This document shows positions 11,614-22,573 of a stretch of DNA of 64,000 bases, piece after piece. Both the position numbers and the translations under genes were made by a program. The stretch covers positions 18,290,001 to 18,354,000 of the forward strand of contig JBHGNT010000002.1 in NCBI GenBank assembly GCA_043228905.1, in the 5' to 3' direction. The DNA comes from Azolla caroliniana. Its lineage: Eukaryota; Plantae; Polypodiophyta. The notes beneath the pieces are model-generated. The model searched no databases and was not told the DNA's origin. It saw nothing but the letters and a program-made list of their open reading frames with translations. Within the stretch, counting starts at the first letter, position 1, and each line of letters starts with the position of its first letter.

Positions 11614-13967
11614 TCGGAGGATGAGGAGGCCGAAAGACAAGGGTACGTCGGTACCACGGGAGAGGGCGCGGGACGAGCCACCCTCTCGACTTGCGGAGAT
11701 AGAACGGCCAAGGACAAGGCCGAGATACCGATCGAGGAACCGGAACGTTGGGACCAGCGGTTTCGGGCGTGTCAACCCGAGATCCCGGTCATTGGAGAAT
11801 CAAGCCCAGACGGGGCTTGCGCGATCGGTAAGAAGACGACTGCCGAACACAAAGAGTCGGTGGCTACGGACAAGGGCGTAAAACGGGCGGGTGATTCTTT
11901 GTATCTTCCCATGCTTGCTCCAGAGACGATGGCAGTCGGGCCCGAATACCCGCGTGAGTCCCAAGCGGAGGAAGGCGGCGGCGGAGGGCCAAGAATCACC
12001 GGCGAGACGATACGGGGAAGGATCGGACGAAAGCCCACGGACCCGATTCCGGAGAACTCGGCATTCGGGCCCGTATGCCCATGTCAGACCGAGGAGATGG
12101 ATGGCGGTACTGAGGAGTCCTGGCACGATGCCAGCGAAGTCGGATGGGAAACGGCCTGCGAGGAGGCCGAGGGCGGATGTGGCATGAGGCGATCGGCATT
12201 CCGATACGGGTGGAGCGTGATCCGGTCGTGGATCGTTCGATCAGGTCCGGTTTCGGCATGAAAGAGCCGATACGGAAGGGGGGTGCGGGACGAGCCGCCC
12301 TTTTTTACATGGGGAGAAAGACCGACCGGGCGAAGGTCCAGATTACGGAAGAGAACCGGGCGTAGCGGACTCCCGGATAACCATTCCGGGAGGAAGAGAG
12401 CAGGCCTACGAAGAGGCCGAGGACACGGTACGTCGGTACCACGAGAGAGGGTGCGGAGTAAACCGCCCTCTCGGCATGCGAAAAAGGACGACCCGGGACA
12501 GGGTCAGGAAGGCGACGAACGCCGACGGAGGATCCTTCACACCGGTTCTAGAGACTTCGGTAGTCGGCAATGCGGTCAACGTAAGACCAAGATACTGACG
12601 GGGGCGGCGTGGTGACGAAGGCAATGGGCGTAAGGAAGTCCGGTCCTACGGGATCCCCACACTTAACCAGAGACCCCGGCTGTTCGGCCAACATGGCAAC
12701 GTAAGACCGAGGGAGAAGGAAGCTGGCGGCGGGAAACGGGACCCGACTACACGGAAGACACGAGGAGAGTCCGGGAGGAACTCAAACAAAAGACACCCGA
12801 ATTACGGCAGGCATCGAAACGGAGTCCGGTCCTATGGGACCCTCACACCGATCTGGAGACCTCGGCTGATCGGCCAACGCGGCAACGTAAGACCAATGGA
12901 GAAGGACGGTGGCGGCAGGGAACGGGACCCGACGACACGAGGGTTCGGAAGGAGCCGGTAGGGGCAAACACGGGAAGGTGTGTCAGGCTGGAAGGGGCAA
13001 ACACCTGGGACAAAACAAGAGTCTCGCGAGTGGCCATCACGGGCTGGATCGAAGCGTGACTACAGGACGGTGTTCGGCACGGGCGGTCCCGAACAAAGGA
13101 AGCAGAAGACGGCACAAGAGAGGTGCCGGGAACGAGGTGACAAGTGCCTAGTGGACTGCACAGGGTCGGAACCAGGACGGCAAGAGAGGCCGGAGGAGGA
13201 TCCTCCACACTCACTTCGTAGATCTCGGTAACTCCGTCGAAGTAACAAAGACTGACACGGCAAGCCGGGGTGACAAGCTGGTGGGGGCGAGGGGACGACG
13301 GCAAGCGAAAGACCCAAGACCTGTTTCAGCAGCACGATGACGGGAAGGGCCAAGCGTGCTACCACGGGGTGTTCCTCGGATGCAAAGGACCCCGGTATGC
13401 GGGTGAACAGCGATGCACGATCAGGCCGGAAAGGGGCCGACGAGGAGTGCAACACGGGCAGTACCAAACAACAGACGAGGGTAGGTGGCACACGGAGGTG
13501 CCGGAGCGGAAAGGCGAGCGCGGAGAAGGCCGGAAAGGGATCTTCCACACCGTTTCGGAGACCATGGCGGTTCGAGCCGACGCGACGATGTAAGACCATG
13601 GAGAAGGAAGGTGGCGGCGAAAGGACGAAGGCGACGCGAAACACCATCGGGACATCACAATTCGACAACGGAGGCCAAGCGGGCTGCCACGGGCATTCCT
13701 CCAGTGGAGGACATCGGGCATACGGCGGGAAGCAGGGCGTTCATACGGCCGAACAAGGGCCAACGGAAGAACGCGTGCTACGGAGGTCGCGGTAGAGGAC
13801 CCATCGACGTGTCGAACGAGCCTACGGGGAGGCGAGCGCGAAGGAAGACTCGAAGCCGCCGGATCAAACCGGCAGCGAGCCGAGATGCGGATCACGGGAG
13901 ACTGGTTTCTCACCGGCCGAAATCTCTCACCCTTCAACCAGATTGGCACGTACCGGTGGACGTGCAG

Positions 13968-13982
13968 TTAGGTGGGGGCGGA
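13968..13982 (+). promoter_or_regulatory. Polypurine tract of copy 1
   Basis: TTAGGTGGGGGCGGA immediately before the 3' LTR. Confidence 0.75.
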
Positions 13983-14752
13983 TGTCGTGAAGAATTTCGG
14001 CCATAGGCGAAAACCGGGAAACATTGTCTACATCGGCGGGGTGCAGCGTGTATATGCACCCATGTACATTTGGTGTGAATATCGAGGGCGCCTTTATGGC
14101 GTCGAAGAGTAGTCAAGTCGGGACAGACGATCCCATGAAAGTCGGGATTTGTCCCACGTTGTAACGCATCCCTCTCCTTGTTCTATAAAAGGGAGGGAAC
14201 GCCCTTTGTAAAAGGGTTGCCCATTTTGGATTAGAGGGTATACCGGTAGGTTTAGGGTTAGGTTTCTTCTGCTTCTTCTTCTTCCCCTTCGTGTTCGTTT
14301 AGGGTTGGCTGCAGCTTATCTCCTGTGCAAGACCCCGCTCGGCGCGACGAGCCCGAGAGCTCCCCGACGGCGGCTTGACAGCAGACGACTGTTGTAAACT
14401 ATCCTGGTCCGGCTCGAAATCGGGAGTGTATTCTTCTTATATATATATACATATACGTTTGCGTCTGTCTGTGTATATTGGCGTCTTGTTGGTGTCGGGT
14501 GCTCCCCTCCTTCCCTGCGTTTCCTGTACAAGAGGGCGTGTGTGCGTGTGCGTGTGTGTGCATGTGTGTGTGTGTGCGCGTGAGTCGGTGTCAAGCACGC
14601 TCTCTCACTCCCTCTCTCCCTTCGGCTGCTTCCGGTGCGTTTCAGGGGTGCCCCAGAAAATGGTGAAGTGCGACTTCCTACGCTCCGTCGCTCCCTAGTC
14701 CAAGACCCCCGTGGTCCCGCCTTTCTCCACGCACGCGCGTAACAACACGACA
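13983..14752 (+). repeat. 3' LTR of copy 1 (770 bp)
   Basis: Direct repeat of 10167-10787 with TG..CA ends. Confidence 0.95.
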
Positions 14753-16696
14753 ACGTAGTTTCTTCTTCCTCTATCCTTCCTTCAGTGTTGGGTTGGTCAA
14801 ACTCTTTTGTGAATTGAATTCGCTCTTTTCCATACTTTCTAAGTCAATGGGAAGTTGCATCTGCTCGAATTCTTTCATCAATTTCTTGACTTTAGTGGAA
14901 TTGGTTTGAGCCAGGGAAACAAATGCTTCAATTAAATCCTCCTGGAGCATCTTGATGCTATCATCGTCGATCTTCTAGAAGCCTCGACCCTCTTTTTGAC
15001 GATTCTCTTGCTCGGCTCCGAAGGGTGGGAGTTCGATTGCTTGTGCTAATTGGATACTGGTTTTGTAGCTTGTCCTATAGCCCCAGAGAGCGCTTTGCAA
15101 CTTTTTATCCCAATCTATCCAGTTTTCGTTCACTATTTTTCGTGGGATCGTCTGTATGGTCTTGTTTGTCGATTCTGCTAATCCATTAGCTTGCAAGTAG
15201 TATGGCGTGCTTTTCTTGTGGATTATGCCATAATGGGTCGTCAGCGCATGCACGACACCTTGTTGATAATTTGACTTCCTTGGTCGTTGATCAATTCGAT
15301 TGGGCAGCCAAATCGACACCATATGTTTTCATCTAAGAATTTGGCGGTTGATGTAGCTGTATTGTCGTGTAATGTCGTGGATTCCACCCATTTCATAGAA
15401 TAATCAGTGGTGACAATGATATATCTGTTGCTTTTTCATATAACAGTCGGTTTGAAAGGTCCGACAAAATCCAAACCCATAAGTGGCCGGTGCGGCATAT
15501 GAGCTTTCTCGGCCGGTTGGCCCATTCTCTAACCTAAATTGTATTCCTTGGAGTATTTGGCCTTGTCGGTCATTGTTGTCGACCGTCATAATCCGTTGTT
15601 TCATATTTTTTGGGTCGTTGCATTACGGGTGTAATGCCCTTGGGCTATTCCACAATGTGCTTCACATAACATTGCTTCCTTTTCGAATTGTTGAATGGCT
15701 CGCCTCCAAAAGTCATCTGCACCCTTATGGTGTAATGTGTCTTGTAGCATACAAAAATTTCGGCTTTGGATTGCAAGCCTCTTCTTTTCGTCTTGCGTCA
15801 TTCCCTTTGGTGGTAATCTCATGGTGAGACAACATAACACTACATCGATGCGAAACAATGTCCATCTAGGAAGGTGACCTTCACTCTGTCGCCTATTTTG
15901 CCTTATTCGAGCAAACTCAAGAAGTCTGGCACCGCATGTTGTGCTCCCATTCTATGATAAATGTTGAATTCAAACTCTTGGCGTAGCAACATCCATCGGG
16001 CCAATTTGCCCATTAAAGATTGTTTCGTCACTAAATATAGAAGTACCAAATGGTTGAAGTGGAAAGTAAATTTCCGGCCCAATAGGTAGTGCCGGAATTT
16101 ATTGACGTTGTACATCTCAAGGGCCTCTCTCTCTATGGTTGAATAGTTTTGTTTGGTTGCAGAGAGTTTCCGACCAACATGATATATTGGTAGGTACAAG
16201 TTTGGCTTTGATAGTTGCATTAAAGTGATGTCGATGGCTACATTGAATGCGTCAATGAACACGTAAAATTGCTTCGTCCAATCTAGCAGTTGGACGACCG
16301 GTATTTGCGACAACATTACTTTTATTTAAGGCCTGATACGCATTTTCTTCAATCGGTGTCCACTAAACTGGCGTGCGATGTATCGCTACATGCAGCGGCA
16401 TCCCAAAATCGGCTAAGTATCGATCGTATCATTCGACAGTACCAATGTACCTGCCCCAGGAATCAACTGAAGGCCTTCGCATTCTGTGGTTTCGGTGCTT
16501 GGATTATGACCTTGACTTTATCCGGATCGACTAAAATTCCTTCCTAACGATATGTAGTAGTAATGTGCTGCTGGTCAGTCCGAACGCACATTTAACTAGG
16601 TTTAAACTCGGCCGAGCTGATCGACACTTCTCTAAACATAGTTGTAGATGTCCCAAATGATCGGTTTCTTTGTTGTATACAATGAAATCATCCAAG

Positions 16697-19529
16697 AGTT
16701 GAAGTTCGTTTTTTTTTTCGGGAAAGAAAAAGACAACAATATGGACAGAGGTATGGGAAGCTTGCTACTGATTGAAAAGCTTGCATCTTGGTCGTACAAG
16801 ATGCACCAATACTTGCTCAGTCACGGCTACTGGAGTTATGTCGAAGGAGCTAATGATGTAGCACTTGATTTGACACAGATTTTTTGGCTTGAGAACAAGC
16901 GGCAAGCAGAGTTCTCTACTGCTTTGCATCCTGTGTCAGTGACCAGCTATTGAGCTATATTCTGGATGCTAAGACGCCAAAGGACTTGTGAGCGAATCTC
17001 CAAAAGATTTTCGTTGCAAGCACAACGGCTAGGAAGTTGCAGCTCAAGCAAGAGCTCAGCAATGTCCGGAAGAAAGATTTGTCTGTGGGCGATTACACAG
17101 CCCGAATCAAGGAAATTTGCGATTCTCTCGCCTCCGTCAACGTTGAGGAAGGGGAAATGGTGCAGGTTTGCCTTGGTGAGCTAGCGTCCAGGTTCAAAGC
17201 CTTCCGAAGGGCGTTCTGTATGAGGGAGAATATGCCTTCGTTCTTCGAGCTTCAATCAATGTTGCTTGTGGAGGAAAATCACGTGGGTGCGTTGACGAGT
17301 ACTCACGCCGACGAGAAGATGATGTACACGGAGGAAGATAGGCCCCGTGGTCGTGGTGGACGAGGTGGATCGGCGCGCAATGGAGGGGACAAACAAGAGC
17401 AAAACAGGCGGCATAATCGAAATGCCGACAGTAGTTCCGGACCCTCCACAAGCAGGCCGCGTCGAAATAAAGGCCACGAAGCCAGCAAGAGAAGGCCGTG
17501 TCGGAATGCTGGTACTGTGGCAAGAAAGGCCACAAGGAGAGCAAGTCCTAGAAAAAGAAAGCTGATTTGGACAACGCTGGATTGAGCGGAAGAGACGCAG
17601 GAAGGCGTCAAAAGTCGCACTACGTTGAGGACTCCGAACGAGCTAGAAATGGATCAGGCCTTGCCTTTGTAGTGAAGCACAAGGCCAATTCGATGGTCGT
17701 GAATACCTCGAAATCAAGCGAGGTGTGGTATGTTGATTCCGGAGCGTCAAATCATATGAAGAGTCACGAGGAATGGTTCTCATACTTGGAGAAACCAGAA
17801 TCGCAAGGAGTGGTCGAAACGGGAGACGACACTTCACATACCATCGAACATGTCGGCGAAGTTCCCCTCAGCCACGTTGAGCAGAAACGGAAACTCATGA
17901 ACGTGTTGCACGTCCCGACAATAACGAAGAACTTGATGTCGGTCGGTCAGATCGTCGACCAGGGAATGCAAGTTTAATTTACACATCTCGGCAGCTTCAT
18001 AGAGGACGAAGGCAAGATAATCGCGCAAGGGCGCCGAGAAGGGAGGATGTTTATTCTTGACACTAATCAAGCCGGAACCGCGTTGTACGTGAAAGGACAA
18101 AAGGTCGAATCGGATATCGACTTGTGGCACAAACGGTTCGGCCACGTAAATTTCCCACAGCTTCATGAAATGCAGATAAAGAAAATTGTGTTCGGCTTGC
18201 CGAAATTTCGAGTCCGGAATGGCCAAGTTCGCGAAGCCTGCCAAATGGGAAAACAACATCGACTTCGATTCTCCAACAAGCGTAATCGTAGTTGAAGTCC
18301 GTTGGATTTGATCCATTCAGACATGTGGGGTCCGGCACAAAACGCGAGTCTCGGTGGAAGCCGTTACTTTGTAAGCTTCATCGATGACTTCAGTTGGCAC
18401 ACATGGGTATGCACGATCGCGAAGAAGAGCAAAGTCTTCGCAGGTTTCCTGAAGGTGAAGAGCCTTGCGGAAAGGGAAACAGGGCGTAAGATCAAATGCC
18501 TACGGTCCGATGATGGGAAGGAGTACTTCTTGGACCAGTTCACAAGTTATCTACACGTGGGAATTCGACGCGAATTCTTGTGTAGACACACGCCGCAGCA
18601 GAACGGCGTGGCCGAGCGGAAGAATCAGACAATCGAAGAAGTGGCCAGGGCAATCCTTGAGGGCATGAGGACGACTGTCTACCTACAGAATAGGACTTCT
18701 GCTAATGGAGGAGTGTTGCCACATGAATTGTATTTCGGGAAGAAGCCGAACATGGCACACTTGAGGATTTTCGATAGCATTGCATATGTGCATGTGCCGA
18801 AGGAAAAGAGGAGGAAGCTGGATGCCAAAGCCGCAAAGTGCATCTTAGTTGGCTATCCAGACGAGCAGAACGGGTATGAATGTTATAACCCCCGAACAAA
18901 GGAAGTACGTGTAAGTCGAGATGTCATGTTCGACAAATCCTCTTCGTGGTACTTGCCTTCACCTCCAATATCTCACGACCCCATTTTGAATTCTAAGGAA
19001 GAAGTTGGAGCTTTGAAAGAGTTCGATCTCATTTCGGCTAAGTGGGCCAAATGAGGGGTTGGGCCGAAATGAAGAGACGGCGATCAGTTAAGACTCAGAC
19101 GTGATGTCCCCGTGTAAAGAACCGAGGAGAAAGGGAAGAAGCAAATGCTAGAATCCGATTTTGGCAGCGTCGAGTCAATTCAGAGCGGATTTGACATCGA
19201 GCCGATCATAAAGGAACCTCCATGAAAGAGGTCAAAATCGGCCGAAAATGTCGTGAAATCGGGTAATCACAAATTATGCTGAAAAACCCCGTGAAGAGAT
19301 ACGGGTACAATGAATACATGGCGCACCATTATGTTTGAAGTGCGTGAGCCTGGGAAGTGTGTGACGTGAGTGGCGGACGTGTGTGATTAATCTCTATTTC
19401 TCCGTCTCGGAGTAATCTCTATCTCTCCGTCTCCATCTCCATCTTTGAGTTTTAACGAACTGTCATAGTTCCCAACTGTGTACTCCGCGCTTTCCGCATA
19501 CTATTCTTTTACAAAGCGAACTCTCAACA
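16697..19529 (+). mobile_element. Truncated Ty1/copia nested in the gypsy RT (gag-PR-INT; RT/RH deleted; partial 3' LTR)
   Basis: gag (MDRGMGS..WSYKMHQYL), CWYCGKKGH knuckle, protease WYVDSGASNH, GAG-pre-integrase LWHKRFGH, integrase DLIHSDMWGP..FIDDFS..PQQNGVAER (18302-19054). The sequence jumps from EVREP (~19350) into LTR-like sequence ending CTCAACA at 19529. Confidence 0.9.
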
Positions 19530-20684
19530 ACTTGTGTACCTCTTCCTTCACTCTGGCTGCGTAATTTGGGTTCATCTAGTACCACCTCTGTTGTACTGAC
19601 ATGGTGTCTTTGTTGAGATGTATCTGATGCGGATAGGGATCCACTGTTGTCCCCAAGTTAACTTCCTCCAATGTCGATGCTTTTACGTGTTAAGATATTG
19701 TCATTTCCTTTTCTAGGGCCAATTGGGAAAAGCGCGGTTTTGTCATAGCTTTAGGGTCCGCCTCTCGCAGATCTCCCTCCGTCTCAGTGTCCCTCCCAGA
19801 CACGTACAGGCTGATTGGTTCGATCTCGCAAATCGATCTCGAATAGAGGCATGAACTTTGGGTTCTGTTCTAAATATCGATAGACCTCATCGGCCAGTTC
19901 ATCAAGCATGTGGATTGCTTCTGTGTATAGCGGCATCATCTCTTTATATTTGTTGTCCGTAGCCATGGTCGTCCGAACAGAAGTGGATATGCACCTGGTC
20001 CATCTAAGTGTAATACTACTGCTGAAATTTCAAATGATTGTCCTCTGATTGTTATTTCCAAATTTCAAATTAGTCTGAAGAGTTGGATGCAGCTTGTGTC
20101 GGCCCTTCGAAGCCAGAATGGGCAGACCTCCCATTGTTCGATGCTGAGGCAATCGTAGGTGGCTTTACTTATCACTTTAACTCCTGACCCACCATCGATA
20201 ATGTTGTAGGGTACTTCTTTAACCTTGACGATGACATTTACGGCCGGATTTTGTTCTATTATCGACGACCCTTCATTTGACTATGTAAAATTAATCAGTG
20301 CGATCGGTTCTTCCTCTTTTTTCACAATCGCCGCCATCGTCTCTTTGAGCTAAGGAACCAAATTCAACAGTCATCTAAGTGGCATCGTGATTTGGCATCC
20401 AACCAAAGGTTGCCAAATTGGATTGTCTACCATTGGTTCTTTGGCCCTAGATGATTGTTGCTGCAATTGGGGTTTGCCGATGGTTATGTTTTGCATCTCA
20501 TGTTCCATCCAATTGACATTCACGTTGGCTTTTTCAACCTATATTTTTGCCGCTTTTTTTATTTCATCTTAATCCTCATGTAGGCGTGGTAACTTGCCAT
20601 ACTTTAGTCGTGATTGTATTGACAGTTGGAGCTTTACCACAGTCCTTCTGTAGGCACCGATTTGCGTAATTGCTCGGTTGTCAG

Positions 20685-21225
20685 TGTCACGACATAGTGA
20701 CATAAAATATATAGTTGGTGAGGATTGAACTTGCAACCTCACATGTCATGACATAGTATTCTATAGTATAGTATATAGTGCAAATTCTAGAACATTCTAG
20801 TCTTTAGTATATTCTAGAAGTATTCTATGGTATATTCTAGAGATATTTCTCGAGTATATTATAGAGATCTTTCTTGACAATCAAGGTGAACAACACCAGT
20901 TATGGAGTGTTTCAATTCATCAACATATCCATTCAATTTTCTTCTAATTTCTTGTGCATTTATTATCTATGCATGACAATTTGTTCACCTTCCATTTGGA
21001 AGCATCACCCGTCGTCTTCATTGCCTCCACCTTTTCTTCTAGAGACACCATCATCACCGTCGTTGCTTCCAAAGTTATGGTCATCAACATCCTTGGTTTT
21101 AGAGACATCATCGTCATAGTCGTCCTTGCTTCGATAGTATGTATTTTATGTCACTATGTTGTGACATGAGAGGTTGTAGGTTCAATCCTCACCAACTATG
21201 TATTTTATATCACTATGTCGTGACA
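20685..21225. mobile_element. 541-bp non-coding element with ~75-bp terminal inverted repeats (MITE/foldback-like)
   Basis: TGTCACGACATAGTGACATAAAAT..GGTGAGGATTGAAC at the left end is mirrored at the right end. It interrupts the gypsy gag zinc knuckle; the flanks GTCAG/TTCGG are a degenerate 5-bp TSD. Confidence 0.85.
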
Positions 21226-22573
21226 TTCGGCAGTTATAACATATGAGGTTTTGCCGACCCGCTCACCTGACCTCGTTCGATTTTTGTTGGTTGTGCCTGG
21301 GATTGGTGTCTGTCCCTTTCTTCCCGAGCCCGAGGGTTGTATTCGGATTGCCTCACTTGTTGAGGCCATCGATGATCGTCCCTCCAGTTGTTATTGGGCT
21401 GAAAACGACGATCGCTTATCTTATTATCTTCCATTCACCATTGATTATGCAATCTTTCATTTTCCCCATAATTTCGGGATTTGGCGAATCCCCCTCTAGT
21501 ATTATTGAATGGTTTTCTATCGTACTTGGGTGATTCCTTGCGCTCATGTCTATCTCGATTACTTCTTCCGTAATCGTCCTCCCAATATCTGTCTCCTGTC
21601 GGCTTGGGTCTGTCCTTGTATCGGGGTCGGTCTTCGTCCCTGAAACGGGTTGGTTGTTGAAGTCGGTCCTCATGTCACATTCAATCGTCTTGCGGTTCTA
21701 TTTGTCGTACCGGTGTTGTTGACAAATTGGACAGTGCGTCCGCATTGTTCATTCTATCGTTGAATAGCTTGGATTGAGGCATGTGGTGCATTGCACTCCT
21801 TGTAAGAATCTTATCTCTTCGTCCTTCGGTAAGGCACAACGCAGTGATGCCACTGACAAGCTATTACTTGTCTGTACACTATCCATTTTAAGCACCCGGT
21901 CAATAACCTACTCAATTGTGTTCTCCTTGAATCACGTACTGCCAACATCTCTCGGAGTGGTTCATGGAGCGCTCTCAAGAATGTGTCTTTTAACTCCTCC
22001 TCTAGAGGTGGTCGCGCCAACTGCCTCCTTAGATTTTGGAACCGTATAATAAACTACGGAACCGACTCCTGGGGTTCCTAATATTCCGTGTAGAATTGGC
22101 TCATTAGTTCATGCAATGGTATACACTGTTGAAATAGTCAGACCAATTTGTCCTTGAGCTGTTCGAAGGACGTGAATACCAATTCGCCGATTGACCCTCC
22201 ACTGATAGACCGAACTTGGCGATCTTCGATGTATCCGCATCGGTTGCTACGAATCATTGCCCCTTTTTATAGAAAACAAGAAATAAGTATAAAAGAACGT
22301 AAACGTTACTACGAGTGTCTATCTAATAATTTGCAGGCATTATCTTTTCTTTGTTTTTTGTCCAGCTCCCCACTTCTAGCTACTGTTTCTCTTGGTTACG
22401 AATCGTGCTTGGCCTTTCAACCTTTTCACACCTTGGCATCCTGTCCGGCCAACAAATGGTTCTTTGGTAGTAAATTGACTCTTGTATCACTAAATAGGTG
22501 CAATAAACGAGGAATACACGCGAATATCTTGGAAAAGTGGAAGAGAGAGAAGGCATTTAAAGCGTTGCAAGTT

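Larger units (their letters stand above)
10167..14752 (+). mobile_element. Complete non-autonomous gag-only LTR retrotransposon (TR-GAG-like), copy 1
   Basis: LTRs 10167-10787 and 13983-14752 (TGTCGTG..CGACA). ACGT duplicated at 10163-10166 and 14753-14756. PBS, gag-like ORF and PPT present. No PR/RT/RH/INT motifs seen inside. Confidence 0.9.
9830..22454 (-). mobile_element. Decayed Athila-like Ty3/gypsy element hosting three nested insertions
   Basis: Minus-strand order: gag (22250-21770; CCHC knuckle CYNC split at 21225/20685), protease (IIDGGSGV ~20190), RT N-terminus (MNPNYAARVKEEV ~19530-19600), RT LDDF (~16690), RNase H (15903-16316, NYSTIEREAL..KFRHYLLGRKF..LARWMLL), integrase (15601-15858 EAHCGIAQGHY; 14975-15322 TPYYLQANGLAESTNK), then extra ORF-like sequence. 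LTR remnant at 22258-22454. Confidence 0.85.

Noticed and set aside
12525-13625. CRISPR-like array
   Set aside because: Repeats are long and degenerate, spacing is irregular, the context is eukaryotic and no cas genes are present.
11614-13967. Many overlapping 60-270 aa ORFs on both strands inside the gag-only elements (also 58670-61300)
   Set aside because: Expected in GC-rich sequence. I recognised no domain, and no single long ORF is shared by both copies.
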